From Selaginella moellendorffii (Eukaryota > Plantae > Lycopodiophyta), in assembly GCF_000143415.4 (NCBI RefSeq), contig NW_003314310.1, positions 1 through 64,000 of the forward strand: a stretch of DNA of 64,000 bases. The letters run 5' to 3'. Positions within the stretch are counted from its first letter, which is position 1, and every line of letters begins with the position of its first letter. The notes under the pieces are model-generated. The model was given only the letters and a program-made list of their open reading frames with translations, was not told the origin of the DNA and searched no databases. This document shows, one piece after another, positions 45,131 through 59,990 of the stretch. A program made the translations under genes and the position numbers.

Positions 45131-48024
45131 ACCGGTATCAGCAATTCAGAGCAACAACTGGCGTCACTTGAAATTTCTCATGAATTGCCTGACATTGACA
45201 TTGTTGATTCATAATCAAGCTAGCACGCATGTGCCGTTCTTTAATTTTTAGGCTGCTTAAGGAAATTATCAGCCCAGCTATTGCCAGCGACAAACTTTTC
45301 AGATGACACTAATTTGTATTAAAGCTTAACATTTTCTCTACTAAAAAGTCATTTCAAATGGCTTTTTGGCGTGCTCAAAGCATCAAAAGTAGAGAGAGCA
45401 AGGGACAAAGGCCCTAAGTTTAACAGTAGTGTTCTTCCCTTCACCACTTTTGAAGTTCTCTCTTTGCTGGACTAGCCTCTACTTTGTCTATTGACACATT
45501 GGAGGTGGAGTATATGTGCTAGTACATGCTAATAGACATGAGCTTCCACATGCTCACAACCACTCTCACCTCAAATGCTTCATCCGGTGAGGCATTCCTC
45601 TTCTCTTCTTTTCCATTTGTTTCTTTTCTTTCACTTTACTTTCACGGTTTCTTTTCTTATTTTCAGAGGGTACTTCTCCACTAGACTATGGTTCTTGCCT
45701 TGGATTTCATGCTCAAGCTCTATTACCATTTGTATAGAGGTTCCTCATTGGGCTCAAGTGTTCTTTGGCCCTTCCCCTACCATTACTCACACATTCCCCA
45801 CACCCATTCCATATCATTTACATTCACAAATCCATCATCAATTAGTCCCAGCAGCATTGCCCACACTTACCTCTAGATGTCTGTCTTGCATCTTTCATTC
45901 TTTCACCATCATTTATATCTTTATTTGAGGTTATATTTACACCATACCATAGATATATGTACATGCACCAGCAGCAAAAGACATCAACTCATTTGGACAT
46001 ACTGTTTTTGAGATATCATTATGACTATTTGCCAATGATATGCTAGCTTTTCTGGAGTGATTTATTTCCAACCATGTGAACCTGTTCACTCAAGGCACCT
46101 AGATGGATCTTTAAGCAAGGCCACAAAAGCCATTTTGCTCCCACACTCAGTGGACATGTGCCACCTCTCTTTACTGGCAATCTAGCAACTATGTTGTCTT
46201 TTTCAGCTGTGGTTTTCTTCAATCTAACACATCAAACCATAGGCCTAACACATTTAGAGATGGCCACTTTCTCAGAGTGCTACCACTAATCTGGCACTTC
46301 ACCAGATCACTCCATCTTTCATTATTTCTACACTTACCACCCTCAGGCAATGCATCCCCTCTTCTACCTCTCTTTCTTTCTCAATTTTGGCCCATCCTTG
46401 GAGCATAGATGAAGTCATCACGAGGTTGCATTTGCATATTACACTTTCCTGAACCAAAATCTAGATAATGGTTAAGTTCTTTGGATATTCACTCTTTTTC
46501 TTCTATTTTTCTTCTTTATTCACACTTTTTTGCACTTTTTCTTACATTAGGGTCTAGTTTGCCTATAAGGTATCCCACCAGATTTTCCTCCCTATCTTTA
46601 AACTTCACCCCTACCCCTTTTCTATCTTTTATCCGCTTCATTTTCTAGAGTTTCTACTATTTCACGTGGTTACCAGCACTTGGCATTAGTAGTAGAGGTA
46701 CACTCTCCACGTTTGGACTCAGGGGGATCCACTATGGTCACGTGTTAGGGCATGGCCACTTGGGGGGGGGGGCGGGATGGGAAGGCATTTATGAAGAGCA
46801 TTGGAGCATTTCTCATGTTTGAGTGAGTGTTGGGGGAGTGCCCCTCATCCCCCCAACAGTAGAGATGCAGCCTTATCCACCAAATAAGGCCACTTCACTC
46901 AACATTGACTTAGCATCACCCAAATTCATGTTATCAAGGGGCTTTGCAGCCATGGAGCATGATTCCTCTTCCTCCCTTGGAGTTGATATCCACTAGGCAG
47001 TCTGTGATGTTGTACTAACTGTGCCTTTATAGGAAAATCTCCAGGTCACATGTACTTTACTGTATGATCTTGTGAGCAATGATGAGAACACATTTGCAGC
47101 GACTCAAAGACTGTTTCTAGCCACAACTTTTTCTTTAGACCATTTCCAGCCCTCCACCATGGCTTACAACAGTCTAACACAGCAGATGGATGTGGTGTAT
47201 ACATGCCAAAAGCTTATGTATTATCTAATTGCTAAAGGTGGCAAATGTAGCACCTTTTCTCCACTATCAGTCTGGCTCTTTTCAGAAGCTTGTCTAGCCT
47301 TGGGATGTCACATTGGACCTCTCCAGCCATAGAATACTAGTCGTGGCATCACCCACATTGATCGTGACATCTTTCGTGGTCACCGATACTTCACTCGACC
47401 ACTGGATTCTTGTGAACACTTTTGACTGAGTTCACTACTTTGGAGACTGTTCCTTCCATGCTCTAGGGGCTCTAGATGTCACCACACATAGCTGAGCTCC
47501 AAATTTCCTCATATTGGCAATACTACTCACTTTAGGCCTATATGACATCAAATGTTAGAGTGCAACATAGCTAGCTTTTGCAGCATCTCCAGCCTCCTTC
47601 AAAATTCTATAAGACCTCCTGGCACAGGCTCAGTCACCAGGAGAGAATTCTCCAAACTTCCTATGTTGTGAGATCTTTCCTTATCCTCCTTTTTTCTTTA
47701 TTTTTACTTTACTTTTCCATTTTTCTTTTACTTTTTCTGCTTTATTTTAGATGGTGTTCTTAAGATAGAGCAAGCACTATCCTAGTTTTTCACCTTGAGG
47801 GTACATCAACTCCTCTCATTTGGGAGCTTATTCAATTCACAGTTTGCTATTCATGATTCCTAGGTTTTCTTTACATGGTTTCACCCCATTTATCATCACC
47901 ATTACTCTTTATCACTCATAGTCACAATCTATTCCCTCTACTACTTACTACAACACTGTTTACCACTCACTATAGTTGTTTATTTCACATTTCTTCACTT
48001 TCCTTATCATTCACATATGTTCTC

Positions 48025-48417
48025 TGTTAGGATCCTATCCCTTACACCCTAAGCCAATTAGCTAAAGGGGTGATCACTTGATTGCAAGGCCCTTTCTTTA
48101 TCCTATTATTTTGACCTGGTGCCTAACAATCCTCCCCCTCGTCAGGGAATGATCGTCCACGATCATACTTAGGCCACCATCCGGTCACCATGGTCCTTCT
48201 CTTAGGGTCTACCAAACCTTGGTTCTCCCTCTAGATCCATCATGTTGAATATTCCTTTAGAATATTCTGCCCCACTCGTCAGCCACGAGAATCGAACTGG
48301 GCTCCGATACCAATGTTAGGATCCTATCCCTTACACCCTAAGCCAACTGGCTAAAGGGGTGATCACTTGATTGCAGGGCCCTTTCTTTATCCTATTATCT
48401 TGACCTGGTGCCTAACA
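48025..48417 (-). mobile_element. Complete 393-bp TRIM
   Basis: 104-bp LTRs at 48025-48128 and 48314-48417 (TGTTAGG..CCTAACA, 4 mismatches); TSD TTCTC on both sides; minus-strand PBS TGGTATCGGAGC at 48301-48312; PPT AGGGGGAGGAT at 48129-48139. Confidence 0.96.
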
Positions 48418-49599
48418 TTCTCAGAGATTCTATTATATTACTCTATTCATCATTACATATGCAGTAGACATACCAAAAAGTAGCAAAATCTGATATGCCA
48501 AACTCAAGATATGATGCAGACTATCTCAATGCAGCAAGTATGGGCAAATCTAGGAAACTTAGCAACTGATTTTTGAGAGCCAATTGGATATGATGCACAT
48601 AAGAGACTAGGCATTACTATGGGTGGACATTTTACCCAATCCCACATTCCTACAGCAGCAGAATGAAATGATCCCACTAGATGCTTGCAAAGACTGCAAG
48701 CCTTTTCTTCTTCCGCAATGAGCACATATACTGCTGACAACTTTGACTATATTCACAGGTTGCCAAATCCCCTCCACTATCATTACATTATAATTGGCCA
48801 TCACTATCTTTCACTATTCATCTGTTAGGCCACCATCTTCCATTCTTGCAATTACCATTTCTGGGAAACACATTCACTTGCATCACTTCATTCCTTTTGA
48901 ACTTTGAGAGCAACTGGGCTATGTTTGAGGCACTTTCCAGAGGTGAGGAGGCCTTAAGTTGGAATCCAAGTAAGTGGTTCTCCTACTTGATTTCATGTTT
49001 CCATTTTTTCATTTCTATTTTTCCTTTGTTTTTATTTTTTTCTTTTCTTTTCTTTGTTTCCTTTCCACTTTTTTTTCTCCTCTTGTTATCCTCTTGTTCT
49101 AGTGTCTAGTTCTTTTGTCAAATTTTCCCATGTGGTTTCCCCTTGACTCCAAAACTCCACTCTTTTTCTTCTTTTTATCTTTTCTTGGTTTTTCTCTGAT
49201 CTCTTCTCTTCCAATAGTTGCCGACACAAGGCATCACCTTAGAGTCTTCACCAGCACTTTGGCCATGGGTTCTCGCATAGGACAGAGCTAGCACATTCCC
49301 TTGTGGTCACCTGTTAGGAGATGACTTAGAGTTGAGTGAGATTCCCTAGAATGTTCTACTATCAGAATATTCTAAGGGCGTGAGGAGATGCTGAGGTGTA
49401 GGGGTATATTCCCTTTCTTCCCCATTTTTTAGGGCAGGGAGTTCAAACAAGAGAGATATTTGAGCAGGATTTTAGAGTATGAGAGAGTGTTCTCCCCACT
49501 GTCAAGAGGCTTCCCTCTTAGCACATTCATGGCCTCTAATAGCTCTGCTATAACACAACATTCTATTTGTATTGGGTGAGAGCTAGCAACAAGCCATTG

Positions 49600-51400
49600 A
49601 TTTGCTGAACTAGTCACTATGCATGGCCCTGGTTATCCAGCCACCAAAGCAAACACTTCCTTTCAAGATTTACATCACAACTAAAGTAGAGGCTTTTGGA
49701 GTATGCCTTTGCCATTGTTTGGAGATTGGCAAGCCACCACATGCAACATATTATGCCTCACATTCATTCAAGGAGACTGTGAAGAAGTACGTGAATACAA
49801 AAGAAGAAGCAATAGCTATTGTTTACACCTTCGAGGGATTTCATCACTTTTTTGTTGAAGTCTATATCCATTATTATGTGTGTTTTAATGTGCTAATTGT
49901 TCATAGTCTTTATACTTTATCTTGGACTATGACCATCCAAGAGTTCCAACCAACTTTCCACATGTGGTGGAAGCGTGTGATAAATCCAAGCAAGTTCCTA
50001 GTTGTTGAGGCTACCTCCTTTATGGTTCAACAGCTTTACAAGACATTACAGTGTACCTAAATTTAGGTGAGTTCCCAACAGATTCCTCATCTGCCCAACA
50101 GAAGGTGTTGGAGATCTGAGTGTGGGAAATTTGCCTTTTGGATGGACACCTTTATAGAAGGATATCACAGGTCGTCTTGTTGCAATGTGTGGGTGAACAC
50201 AAGATCCCTAAGCTATTTCGTGCTTTCCACTCTTATGCAGGGCATTTCTTGGGATGGGTCACAACACAAGTCCTTTTGTGCCATAGCTACTTCTGGCCTT
50301 GAATTCACCAAGACAGCTTAGAGTATGCAAAGGCACATGAGCAGTGCCAATGGTTCAACCCTTGAAGTCATGTTCCATGCCTTTTTTTCCAGCTAGTCAC
50401 TTCTCCTGGTCCCTTTTTCTAGTAGGGACTTGACTTTATCAGCCCGATCAGTCCAGCAAGCTCAAAAGGATAGTGATATATCATCATGGCAACAAACCAA
50501 TTTGAAGTTTGTTATGATCTGGCACACAAGATAAGAGATCTAGTCACCTAGACTATGCTACACCACTTCTTGAGGTTCCTCACCACCTAACCACCCCCGA
50601 GCTACCTCAAAAGCTCCACTATGTTGCACCTCCATTGTGAGCCCTAGGGTAGGTTAAGTCCCTTACCCTAACATGCCTTAAAATACCCTTGAGCCTCCCT
50701 TTGACCAATGTTAACTACATGGTCAAAGCTGGCACCTAACAAAGTTCCTGCAATTTTGATTTCTGATCATGGCAGCAGCTTCCTTGGACAAGTGATGTAG
50801 TAGTTACTATCCTGAGTGCAATGGCTAGGCAAAGTCCAACAACAATATATTGAAGACCATAATCTCAAAGCTTGTGAAGGATCACCCAAAGAATTGGCAT
50901 GAGCACTTGGTTATAACATTATGGGCATTTTGGACATCCTTCATGACATCCTTCATGACATCCATCTCTGCAACTCCATTCCCTCTAGTTTATAGGATAG
51001 AGGTTGTGCTTCCAATGGAGATTCAGGTGCCATCCCTTTCACTTTCACTTCAATATGCAGCAGAGATGCAATTTAGTGATGAGGATAAACTTCATGCACA
51101 TGACTTGGAGGTTATTGCCTTGGAAGAATAGCAAAGAGACACAGCTAAACATCTCCTTCAAGGTAAGCAGATGATCAAGTCCATCATTGATCACTAGTGA
51201 TCACCTGAACCATTCGAGAATGGTGATCTTGTTCTACTTAAGGAATTTACACCAACTTTGAAGTTCTCTCCTTGTTGGACCAACCCTTACTTTGTCCAAC
51301 GGCACATTGGAGGTGGAGCATATATGCTAGCAGATGCTGACAGACATGAGCTCCCACACACTCACAACCACTCTCACCTTAAACATTTCATCTATTGAAG
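49600..51400 (+). pseudogene. Decayed Ty3/gypsy RNase H and integrase fragment
   Basis: YYASH..KY..KEEAIAIVY, GLDFISPI and ISKLV..NWHEHL..LWAFWT..TPFPLVY..EVVLPME; parallels 58850-59960. Confidence 0.85.
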
Positions 51401-51787
51401 CATTCTTCTTTTCTTCTTTATCATTTGCTTCTTTTCTTTCACTTTACTTTCATAGTTTCTATAAAGGGTGTTTCTCTACTAGACCATAGCTCTTGCCTTG
51501 GATTTCAAAGCTTAGGCTACATTGCTGTTTGTATGGCAATTCCTCACTTGGCTTAGGCTATGTTCCAAATTCTTTGGCCCTTCCCTTACCATTACATTAC
51601 TCCACACATTCCCTATATACATTCCAAATCATATATACTCATAAATCCATTACCAATCACTTCCAGCAGCATTGCCCACACTCACTTCCAAATGCCCGTC
51701 TTTCATCTTTCATTTTTTCACCATCATCCACATTTCCATTTGAGTTCATCTTTACACCATATCATAGACACATATACACACACTAGC

Positions 51788-52925
51788 TGTCGCGAATGTG
51801 ACTTTGGGTATCAAAAGTTACCTGTCGGCCACTCCTTACGGACACTCTTTCCTTACTGCCACGATGGTAGGAGGTTGGTATTATTAGACCCTTTATTAGT
51901 CCCTTTTGTTCAAGTGTTAGTAAATTGGACTTTGCATCTGTACTTGGCCGGATAAGCATAAGGACAGAATTCCTAAGTGTCTATTTAGTCAAGCATACTT
52001 AGCCTGGCTTTTTAGTTCTCTTTTGTTATGTCTTGCACTGGCTTAACAAAAACCCTCGTGTATTGAGATTGGTCCCTCAATATTGCTGGATGATAACTTA
52101 CCGTGTCTGCCAAACACCCTCGCTATCATGCCCTTTGTGTCAGTCTCATTTCGGTCCCAAATGCTATTTATGGAAAGCATCTAGATTGGCTCATTTGGCA
52201 TATCTACGAAATGTAGAGATTGGCTTGAACACAATGGCGTTCGTCCTATGTCCAAATTCACAATCTAGCACTATTCCATATTTAGTAAGTCTCGAGCTTG
52301 TCCTAGAGACTAACTCTTGATACTAAGGGAGGCTTGGGGTGAAAGCCCAAAGCATGTGTTCCTCAAAGGGGGGGGGGGGGGGGGGCTATGCGGGGTTCCA
52401 AATGTATAGTAGGGATAGTGGGTAGGTTGGGCATGACCGACCAACCTGAGGTATAATTTCGCTCCCGCTTGCGTGTCTGTCTTTGTTCTGCGTCCGGCTT
52501 GGGTCTAAGCCCAAGTTCCATTCCATGTTAGCTGGTGGAGTACCCATGTCCTCGCATTAGGCCACCGGTATGCCGAAATAGCGCCAGACTCTGTTTGGCT
52601 CCATTTTGGTCCTAGCATTGGGATGCTGGTTGCTCTAGGACTATTCCAAGTCACTCCAGGCTCCTGTCCCTTCGCTCCTTGGGCTATATGCTTGGGAGTT
52701 GCTCTGTGGTCCGGTTTCGTCACTCCTTGGCTCCATGCTTGGGAGTTTGGCACCGTTCCTTCGTTTAGTGGCCCAAGGCTCTGAACCTCGGGTTCCGCAC
52801 CACTGTCCTTTGGACACATGGCATATGACATGTGGCATGTGTCATGTGGCATAAAGAGGGTTTAGGTTCTGCTTCGTGGTGTTATCCTATGGTGATTTAC
52901 CATAGGATAAAGGGTCAAAACCACA
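51788..52925 (+). mobile_element. Solo LTR of the 1.1-kb LTR family, more diverged, last ~10 bp missing
   Basis: Begins TGTCGCGAATGTGAC, collinear with 41058-42184; no PBS, PPT or TSD visible. Confidence 0.9.
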
Positions 52926-54999
52926 ACAGCAAAATTCAACACCTTATTGGGATGTGGTATTTTTGAGATATCAATGTGACTATTTGCTAACAATGTGTTA
53001 GCTTTTCTGGAGTGACTTTCTTCCAACCAGATGACTCAGGGCACCTTGATGGATCTTTAGGTGATGCCATAAAAGCTGAAGCCACTTCCTTCAGCTCTAG
53101 CACTCAGTGGACACATGTCACCTTTCTTTACCATCAATCCAATGACTATGCCATCCTTTCTAGTTTTCTTCAATTTGACACATTAGACCACTCTATTATA
53201 TCATTCCATCTTTCATCATTTCTGCACTTATCACTCTTTGGCAAAGCATCCCTTTTTCTCCTCTCGTTCTTTCTTGAATTTAGCCAATCTTTGGAGTATA
53301 ACTAAAAGTCATTATGAGGCTTCATTTGCATATTACACTTTCTTGAGTTAAAATCGAGGTAAACATTATGTTCTTTGGGTACTCATTCTTTTTTTCCTAT
53401 TAATCTTCTCTTGTTGTGGCATTAGCTCATTGTTGCATTCTCCTCATGTCACAATTTAAATTCTGGCACGAGAGAGTTGTATATTCTTAGAATATTCCCT
53501 CATCCTTGTATAAAGGCCCAAGAGAGGCTCAAGTATATGGTTCCACCCCATTTTCTCTTGCGCTTAAGTTTGGAATTACAATTTTATGAGCATGTGTGTG
53601 AGGGATGGATCCACAATTGGGGCTGAAAAATGCCCCAATAGTTAGTGAACTCAGTGTGACAAGCTAGCTTTTTTTTCTTGAGAGAATGGAGAGTTTTCTT
53701 GAGAAATTAAGAGAGATTTCAAGTTTTAGCAGCTAGATTCATGTTTTTAGAGACCCTAGGACTGCTAAGGGTCTTTGCTTCCATGAATCCAGAACGTAGA
53801 CTCAAAGATTTTCTCATTCTTGCTATAGTTTTCTACATTACCCCTTTTCGTTTGGTTTTCTAGCAATTTCTCATGATTGGGGTATGGATTTTAGTTTTTA
53901 TTTCTTTGAATCAGTGCACCTTGGCATCCTCTTTCCAACAAGCTAAAGAGTGCCTTGTTTTGTGAAGAATTTGGCCACATACATGAAGTTTTGTTCATCA
54001 CACTCCTTTATTTTTATAAAAACTTTCCAGCACTCTAAGCTTGTGATTCAGAGATTGATTCAGGAATTTCTTTTTTTAGGCTTGTAAATATAGAGATAAG
54101 CTTTCTAGAGAGTTCTTTCTTGGCAGCCAATTCACTCTAGGCTGCAATATGCAACAATTTCTCTCTCGTGGCATTGCACAACTCAAGCTTGCAAGTTTTT
54201 AGTTTGATTTTGGGAAAATTTGAGGAGCCATTCTTATGGAGATTATCATGGCTATGCTATTACTTTCTATAATGCCAAAGGTGAGTGTTTCTTGTGCTAT
54301 GGAGTTCATTTTCTTTTCTTATCCTTCTTTTTGTCTAGAATTTGATGTTTGAGTCAATTGTTCTTGATCTTTTGGGCATTTTAATTCGTGATTTTGGTCT
54401 CATTCTCTTGGTCTAAGTCTAAAATTTTCATCAAGTCCATTTACACCCAATTTCATGTGCAAATTTGAGAAATTTCTATAAAAATGTTTTCCCCTTAAAG
54501 CATTTTGAGTGTTAGAGTTTGACTTTGTTTCTTTTCTCCATTATTTTTTGGTGAAAACATATATCCACATCCTACCAAGTAATTTCCATAACATCCTTTG
54601 TGTCTTTTCCCCTTTTCTTTGCTAGATTTTTCTTTTCCTTCTGAGAAATTAGCATTTACGAGAGTGGCAGTGATTTTGGTTGGGAAACCTACATAAGGAT
54701 ACTCTTTTATTTGGGGCTATCCCATTTGAATACTCTGTTCTCCCACAAGTCAAAGTTCTTAGTGCATTACATTTTCCACAACCTCGCATTTGCTGCACAG
54801 TGGATACTTTATGTTAGTTTGCACTTTTTCTAGTCAGAGATGACAACTAGCAAACTTCTATATAGTGCTTAGGGTATAGGGATGTTTTTCACACCTTCTA
54901 TGCAAGCTAGATTATTAAACTACTCTTTCCAGCAAGGAGGATTCATCATTCACAGATACCAAGTTAGGGAGTCCACCACCCATGGCTCTTCCTGAACAA

Positions 55000-57900
55000 A
55001 TCCATATTCTATAATGAGGCACCAACTTCCCATACTTCTCTAGCAATCTCTGCTAAGACACATGTCAAGGATGATCACAAACTCCACGACTTCTTGCGAT
55101 TGCTAACTAGTTGAGCAACAGTGTGGGTAGAGACACTCTTGGAGGCAGACATGGCTGACTACTCCATATTCAAAGTATCTTTTCAGGGTCATTTTGATTA
55201 GCAGCAAGCAGAAAATCACTTACTCATGGATTTGTTCACTTTTTGGCAAGGAGCACGTAAATCTGTGCTAGAGTATGTGATGCAGTTCAGGTCTTACTGG
55301 AAGGAGTGTATCCAATGCAAGGTTATCACAAATGAACCTCATGGCATCAATACATTCATCTCTGGTCTCAAGGGAAATCTCCAACACAAGATAAGCGAGA
55401 GTTTCAAACATGTTGTGAGCCATTCGCTGCAGCAGAGATTCTAGTGTGGGATCTTCTCCAAAAGCTCAGGATTTCATGGGTAGAGGAGGCTTTCCTCCCA
55501 CCCTCAAATGAGAGCTCATGTGCTGCTACAGTCCATTCTTCTCCAGCCCCGCACAGCAATGATAGAGTTCCCTTGGTGATCGAGAAGGCATATTCGGGGC
55601 TTGTAAGATACATGGAGATCATCTAGCAGCAACAAAAAATGCAAGAGAAGTTACTTGAGGAGCTTAGAGCATGCCGCTTACAGTAGGCAGAGAGACTGAG
55701 ACCCCTCCTCATTCTTGGTACTGCTCGCATTGCAACGTTATGACGCACAGTATGGACAGATGTTGGAAGCTTCACCCAAAACTTTGGCCACCTTCTGTCT
55801 AATGTGTTTAACAGCAGCCTCTAGTGGAAAACATATCTCATCCATGGTCATTAGATAGATACCAGCAACAACTCGAGTAGAAAGCAATCGAAGACACCCC
55901 TTCATCGAGCTGTAGGAAGTCATCAATGAACATTAGCACGGTTTATGTTGTAGAGGACGATTATAAGGTGGCTGCTATGACTAGAGGGTGCAAGAAGGTT
56001 TCTCTTCCAGCCCAGATATTGATGGTGAGCAAGATCCAACACCAGTTTCCAGAACTTCGCCATCTCTCACGGTGTGGAAGTTACACCATGCTTCGGTATT
56101 TATAGCACCACCCACATCCTTGCCCACAACTTTGGATCCAACAAGAAAACATCCAACTTTCAGGGTGGGGTCTCTCAACTGCCCTCCACTCTTTCTTGCA
56201 TCCCATAGGAGTTTCTTGCTCAAATTTCTGACACTCCAGTCTAAATCACACTTGGTGAGCTTTTGTGATGCATACCCGATTTTACTTCTCAGCTGGAGGC
56301 TTTTGCCATATCCTCAGGCATCCCTGTGGAACCTCAGCATGATGTGTATATCATCAACACTCATACCACTCATGATCCCAAAGCATTCTTTGCAGAGGTC
56401 TAGATTGGCAATAAATCCTTGATAGCACAAGCATTACTTGATTCTGGATCCCAGAGCAATATCATCTCCCTTGACTTGGCACACTCCAATGGCTTGGAGG
56501 TGGCTAGAAACAGAGTCATCATCCTCAAAACATTTGTCAATCACTCAGTGGTTCCTACAAGCATTTGCCGGAATGTCAAGATCTTGGTACAATGAGTGGT
56601 TTCCATGCTAGATTTTCTTGTGGTGGACTACCAGCAGCTTGGATATGGAAAGCTAAAGGACTCTATCATGCTAGGACGGCCATGGCATCTCGCGGCCACT
56701 TGCATGACAATATGGTCTAAAGGCAAGTCAACGATCACTGACGGTATTCACAACGTGACTTTGCTCAATGCTCATGGCAGGTCACTACTTACTTCTTTGT
56801 CCCAAGTGGCTGTCACCTACAACTTTGATCTTGATCACACCTTGAAGGTTCTCTTCCCCGATCTTATTGAAGATGAGTTGCTACTAGAAATCAGAGTGGT
56901 TAAGTGCAATATGGTGGATTTATTTCATGCAGACTGGACCACGACTACACTGGACTTCTCTACCATCTTGTCACAAGTTCAGAGCCTCCTAGGTTTCAGG
57001 AAACCAGGTGCATCTGACTCATCACCTTCACTGGAATAGTGTAATGATGAAGCTAACACAGTAGCAACTTCTTCTACCATTTTGTCGACTACTTCATTGT
57101 TTGAGGATACTCAAGGGACCCCCACTTTACTTACCAAGACCATAATCCAGTCTGTGTCTGCACTGAATGCGGGTCAGGACGTGGATAATCACAAGAGTCA
57201 CCCTGCATACCGAGACAACAGAACAGACTCCAATCTTTATCAATCCCATAGTTACTGAGGATGGGGTGTACACTGAGGATCTACCATCAGTTGGCCACCA
57301 ATTGGACATCCTGCATGCAATGAGGGAGGAAGCAAAGAGAGACATCACCTCATCTACACCCGACTCTTCCCCTGCTGTTACTAAATGCGAACTTGAGGAG
57401 ATTATTTCCCTAACCATTATATTTGAGATCCAGGATACGCTTGACTTCACAGCTTACTTTGATGGTTCTTTCTGCCCCAAGAACCACGTTGTGGGGTTGG
57501 TGTTTGGATACTTGATGCAAAAGAGAAGAATGTTTCTCACATTTCCACCACATTACCAATGTCTGCTAATGAGGCAGAATACTTGGCCGTGATCACAGAA
57601 ATGGAACTCACCATCTCTCACCAGATCCAGTGAGTTTCCTTTGTGGAATTAGTGGTCTGAGAACTTAACAGCATCTACCAAGTGTGCAGGGATAACCTCT
57701 ATGACTTATGGCAGCGTGTGATGGATCTTCGAGACCATTTTCATCAGGTCTACTTCTCAAACATCCCTCAAGAGGAGAAATTTTGTGCTGATCGTCTCTC
57801 TCACCAAGCTATCTCCACTATGCAGGCTCAAGCAGGTTCACCCTCATGGCAATGCTCCATTACAGAGCCCAACTTTGCTGTGGTCTTTGCAACTTTCAAT

Positions 57901-59990
57901 GAACCTCCGAGCTGCAGGGTGTACCTATGGACACTATCATGCACCAAATCACACTGCTGGACCCTGCCAGACTTGTGAAGTAAAACATGTGACGATTCAA
58001 CAACTCTCTTTTGCCAGACATCAAGATCGAAATCAATAAGTTGCTTGCTACAAGTTTTATTTACCCAGTAGAACACTCTCAATGGATCTCCAATGTCATC
58101 CTAGCATGCAAAGCAAATGGCAAGCTCAACCTTTGCATAGACTTCAGAGCACTCATCCAAGTCATGGCCCACAACCATTTTCCTACACTGTTCTTGGACC
58201 AAATGGCCGGCCAACAGTTTTATTTTTTTATGGATGAATTCTTGGGCTATAATCAGCTCCATATTCATCCTTCTGATCGTGCACTAACTGCTTTTCACAC
58301 ACCCTAGGGAGTTTTCTTCTACAATATGCTCCCTTTCAGTATATGCAATGCAGAGGCAATGTTTCAATGATTCATGACACATGCTTTCCATGATCTCTTG
58401 GGAGGAGCTCTATGTGTGTACATGGATGACTTATGCACAGCTTCCCAGATGTTCCAAGATCACCTCCAACATCTGGAATAGGACTTTATTCGGTGCCGAC
58501 AACACCGTTTCTCACTCAATCCGGCAAAGTGCAAGTTCCGGGTCACAAAAGGCTATCTGCTGGGATTTGATGTCTCTGCTCAAGGCATTTCTCCACAAGC
58601 AGCCAAGTGCAGGGACATTTTACAACAACCTCCTCCTTCCACAGTGAAGCAGTTGCAAAGCTTTCTCAGCAGGACTGGATTCTTCAGGAGGTTCATCCAA
58701 GACTATGCCGCTCTAACATGTCCTCTGGTGGCCCTACTCAAGCATGACACCTCTTTCTCTTGGGGACACACTCAGAAACATGCTTTTGATCTCTTGCAAG
58801 AAGCACTGACGTCACCACCCATTCTCTCACCACCGGTATTGGGCCAACCATTTGAGATATTTGTCACGGTTGGAGATGAGCTGTTTGGGATTTGTCTGTG
58901 CTAATCTTCTGGGCCGGAAGAGCCCCCACATACAACATACTTTGCCTCTCACTCAGTCAAGGAGTCCAAGAGCAAGTTTCTTGAGGTGGAAAAAGACGTA
59001 GTGGCAGTGGTTTATACTCTCCAATGTTTCCGACACATTCCCCTAGGGAGTGATATCCTTGTCCATGTTTCTAACAATGTTCTAATGTTTCTTTTACAGT
59101 GAACCACTCATGCTCCACATACTTTATCATGGAAATTTGTGATTCAAGAGTTCAAGCCTCGTTTTGTGCTGAAGAAGAAGCACATTCTCGACCCCAACCA
59201 GTTGACGGTGGCTGTGGCTCAGGAGTTTGCAGTCCCAGCATCCCTGATTGAGGTGGCAAAGTACTTGGACACTGGTTCTATTCCAGACCACGTGTCCAAG
59301 ACACAGAAGCAAGCTCTTGGGATCCAAGTACAGCAATATTGCCTTTTGGGAGGCTCCCTCTATCGCTGCACTGCACATGGGGTCCTGCTTTGCTGTGTCA
59401 CTGAGGCTGAGATCCCCGAGCTCATGCAAGCTTTTCACTCATGCTCTAGACACTATGCAAGCAAAACAACAGCTCAGCTTCTTCTGCGACATGGTTTCTA
59501 CTGGCCTTCCATTCATCATGACACAGCCAAGTATGCCAGCAAGTGTTTCTAGTGCCAGCAATTCAACCCCCACAACAGCATTCCCCATCTTTCATTTCTA
59601 TGGGGCCTTTCTTCAAATGGGGTTTAGACTTCATCAGCCTTATTTCTCCCCCAAGCTCACATGGACATCGATATATTTTGATGGCAACGGACTATTTCAC
59701 GAAGTGGATTGAGGCAGTTCCTCTCAAGTGAGCAGACTAGACATCTACAGCAAAGTTCCTATATGAGTTTATTGTGTGCCAGTTTGGAGTTCCAGCTGTT
59801 CTAGTATCTGACTGCAGTGGTGCTTTACTTGGACGAGTTGTGGAGTATCTCTTGCAGCAGCTTCATGTCCAACATGTCAAGAGCAGTAGCTACTATCCAT
59901 AATCCAATGGGCAAGCTGAGTCCAGCAACAAGATCCTCAAGGCCATCCTCTCCAAGCTGGTGGACGAGCTCCACAGTGGCTGGGTCCTTT
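55000..59990 (+). pseudogene. Decayed Ty3/gypsy (Tat-like) gag-pol: gag, protease, additional RNase H, RT, RNase H, integrase
   Basis: gag QGARKSVLEY; protease ALLDSGSQSN (about 56430); aRH YFDGS..NEAEYLA..ADRL (57450-57800); RT LCIDFRAL, GYNQ, VYMDD; FL.RTGFFRRFIQDYA; integrase GFYWP and KWGLDFI..ATDYFTKWIEA. Confidence 0.92.

Noticed and set aside
48025-48417. Cassandra element or 5S rRNA
   Set aside because: No 5S rRNA A/C-box similarity in the LTRs of either TRIM
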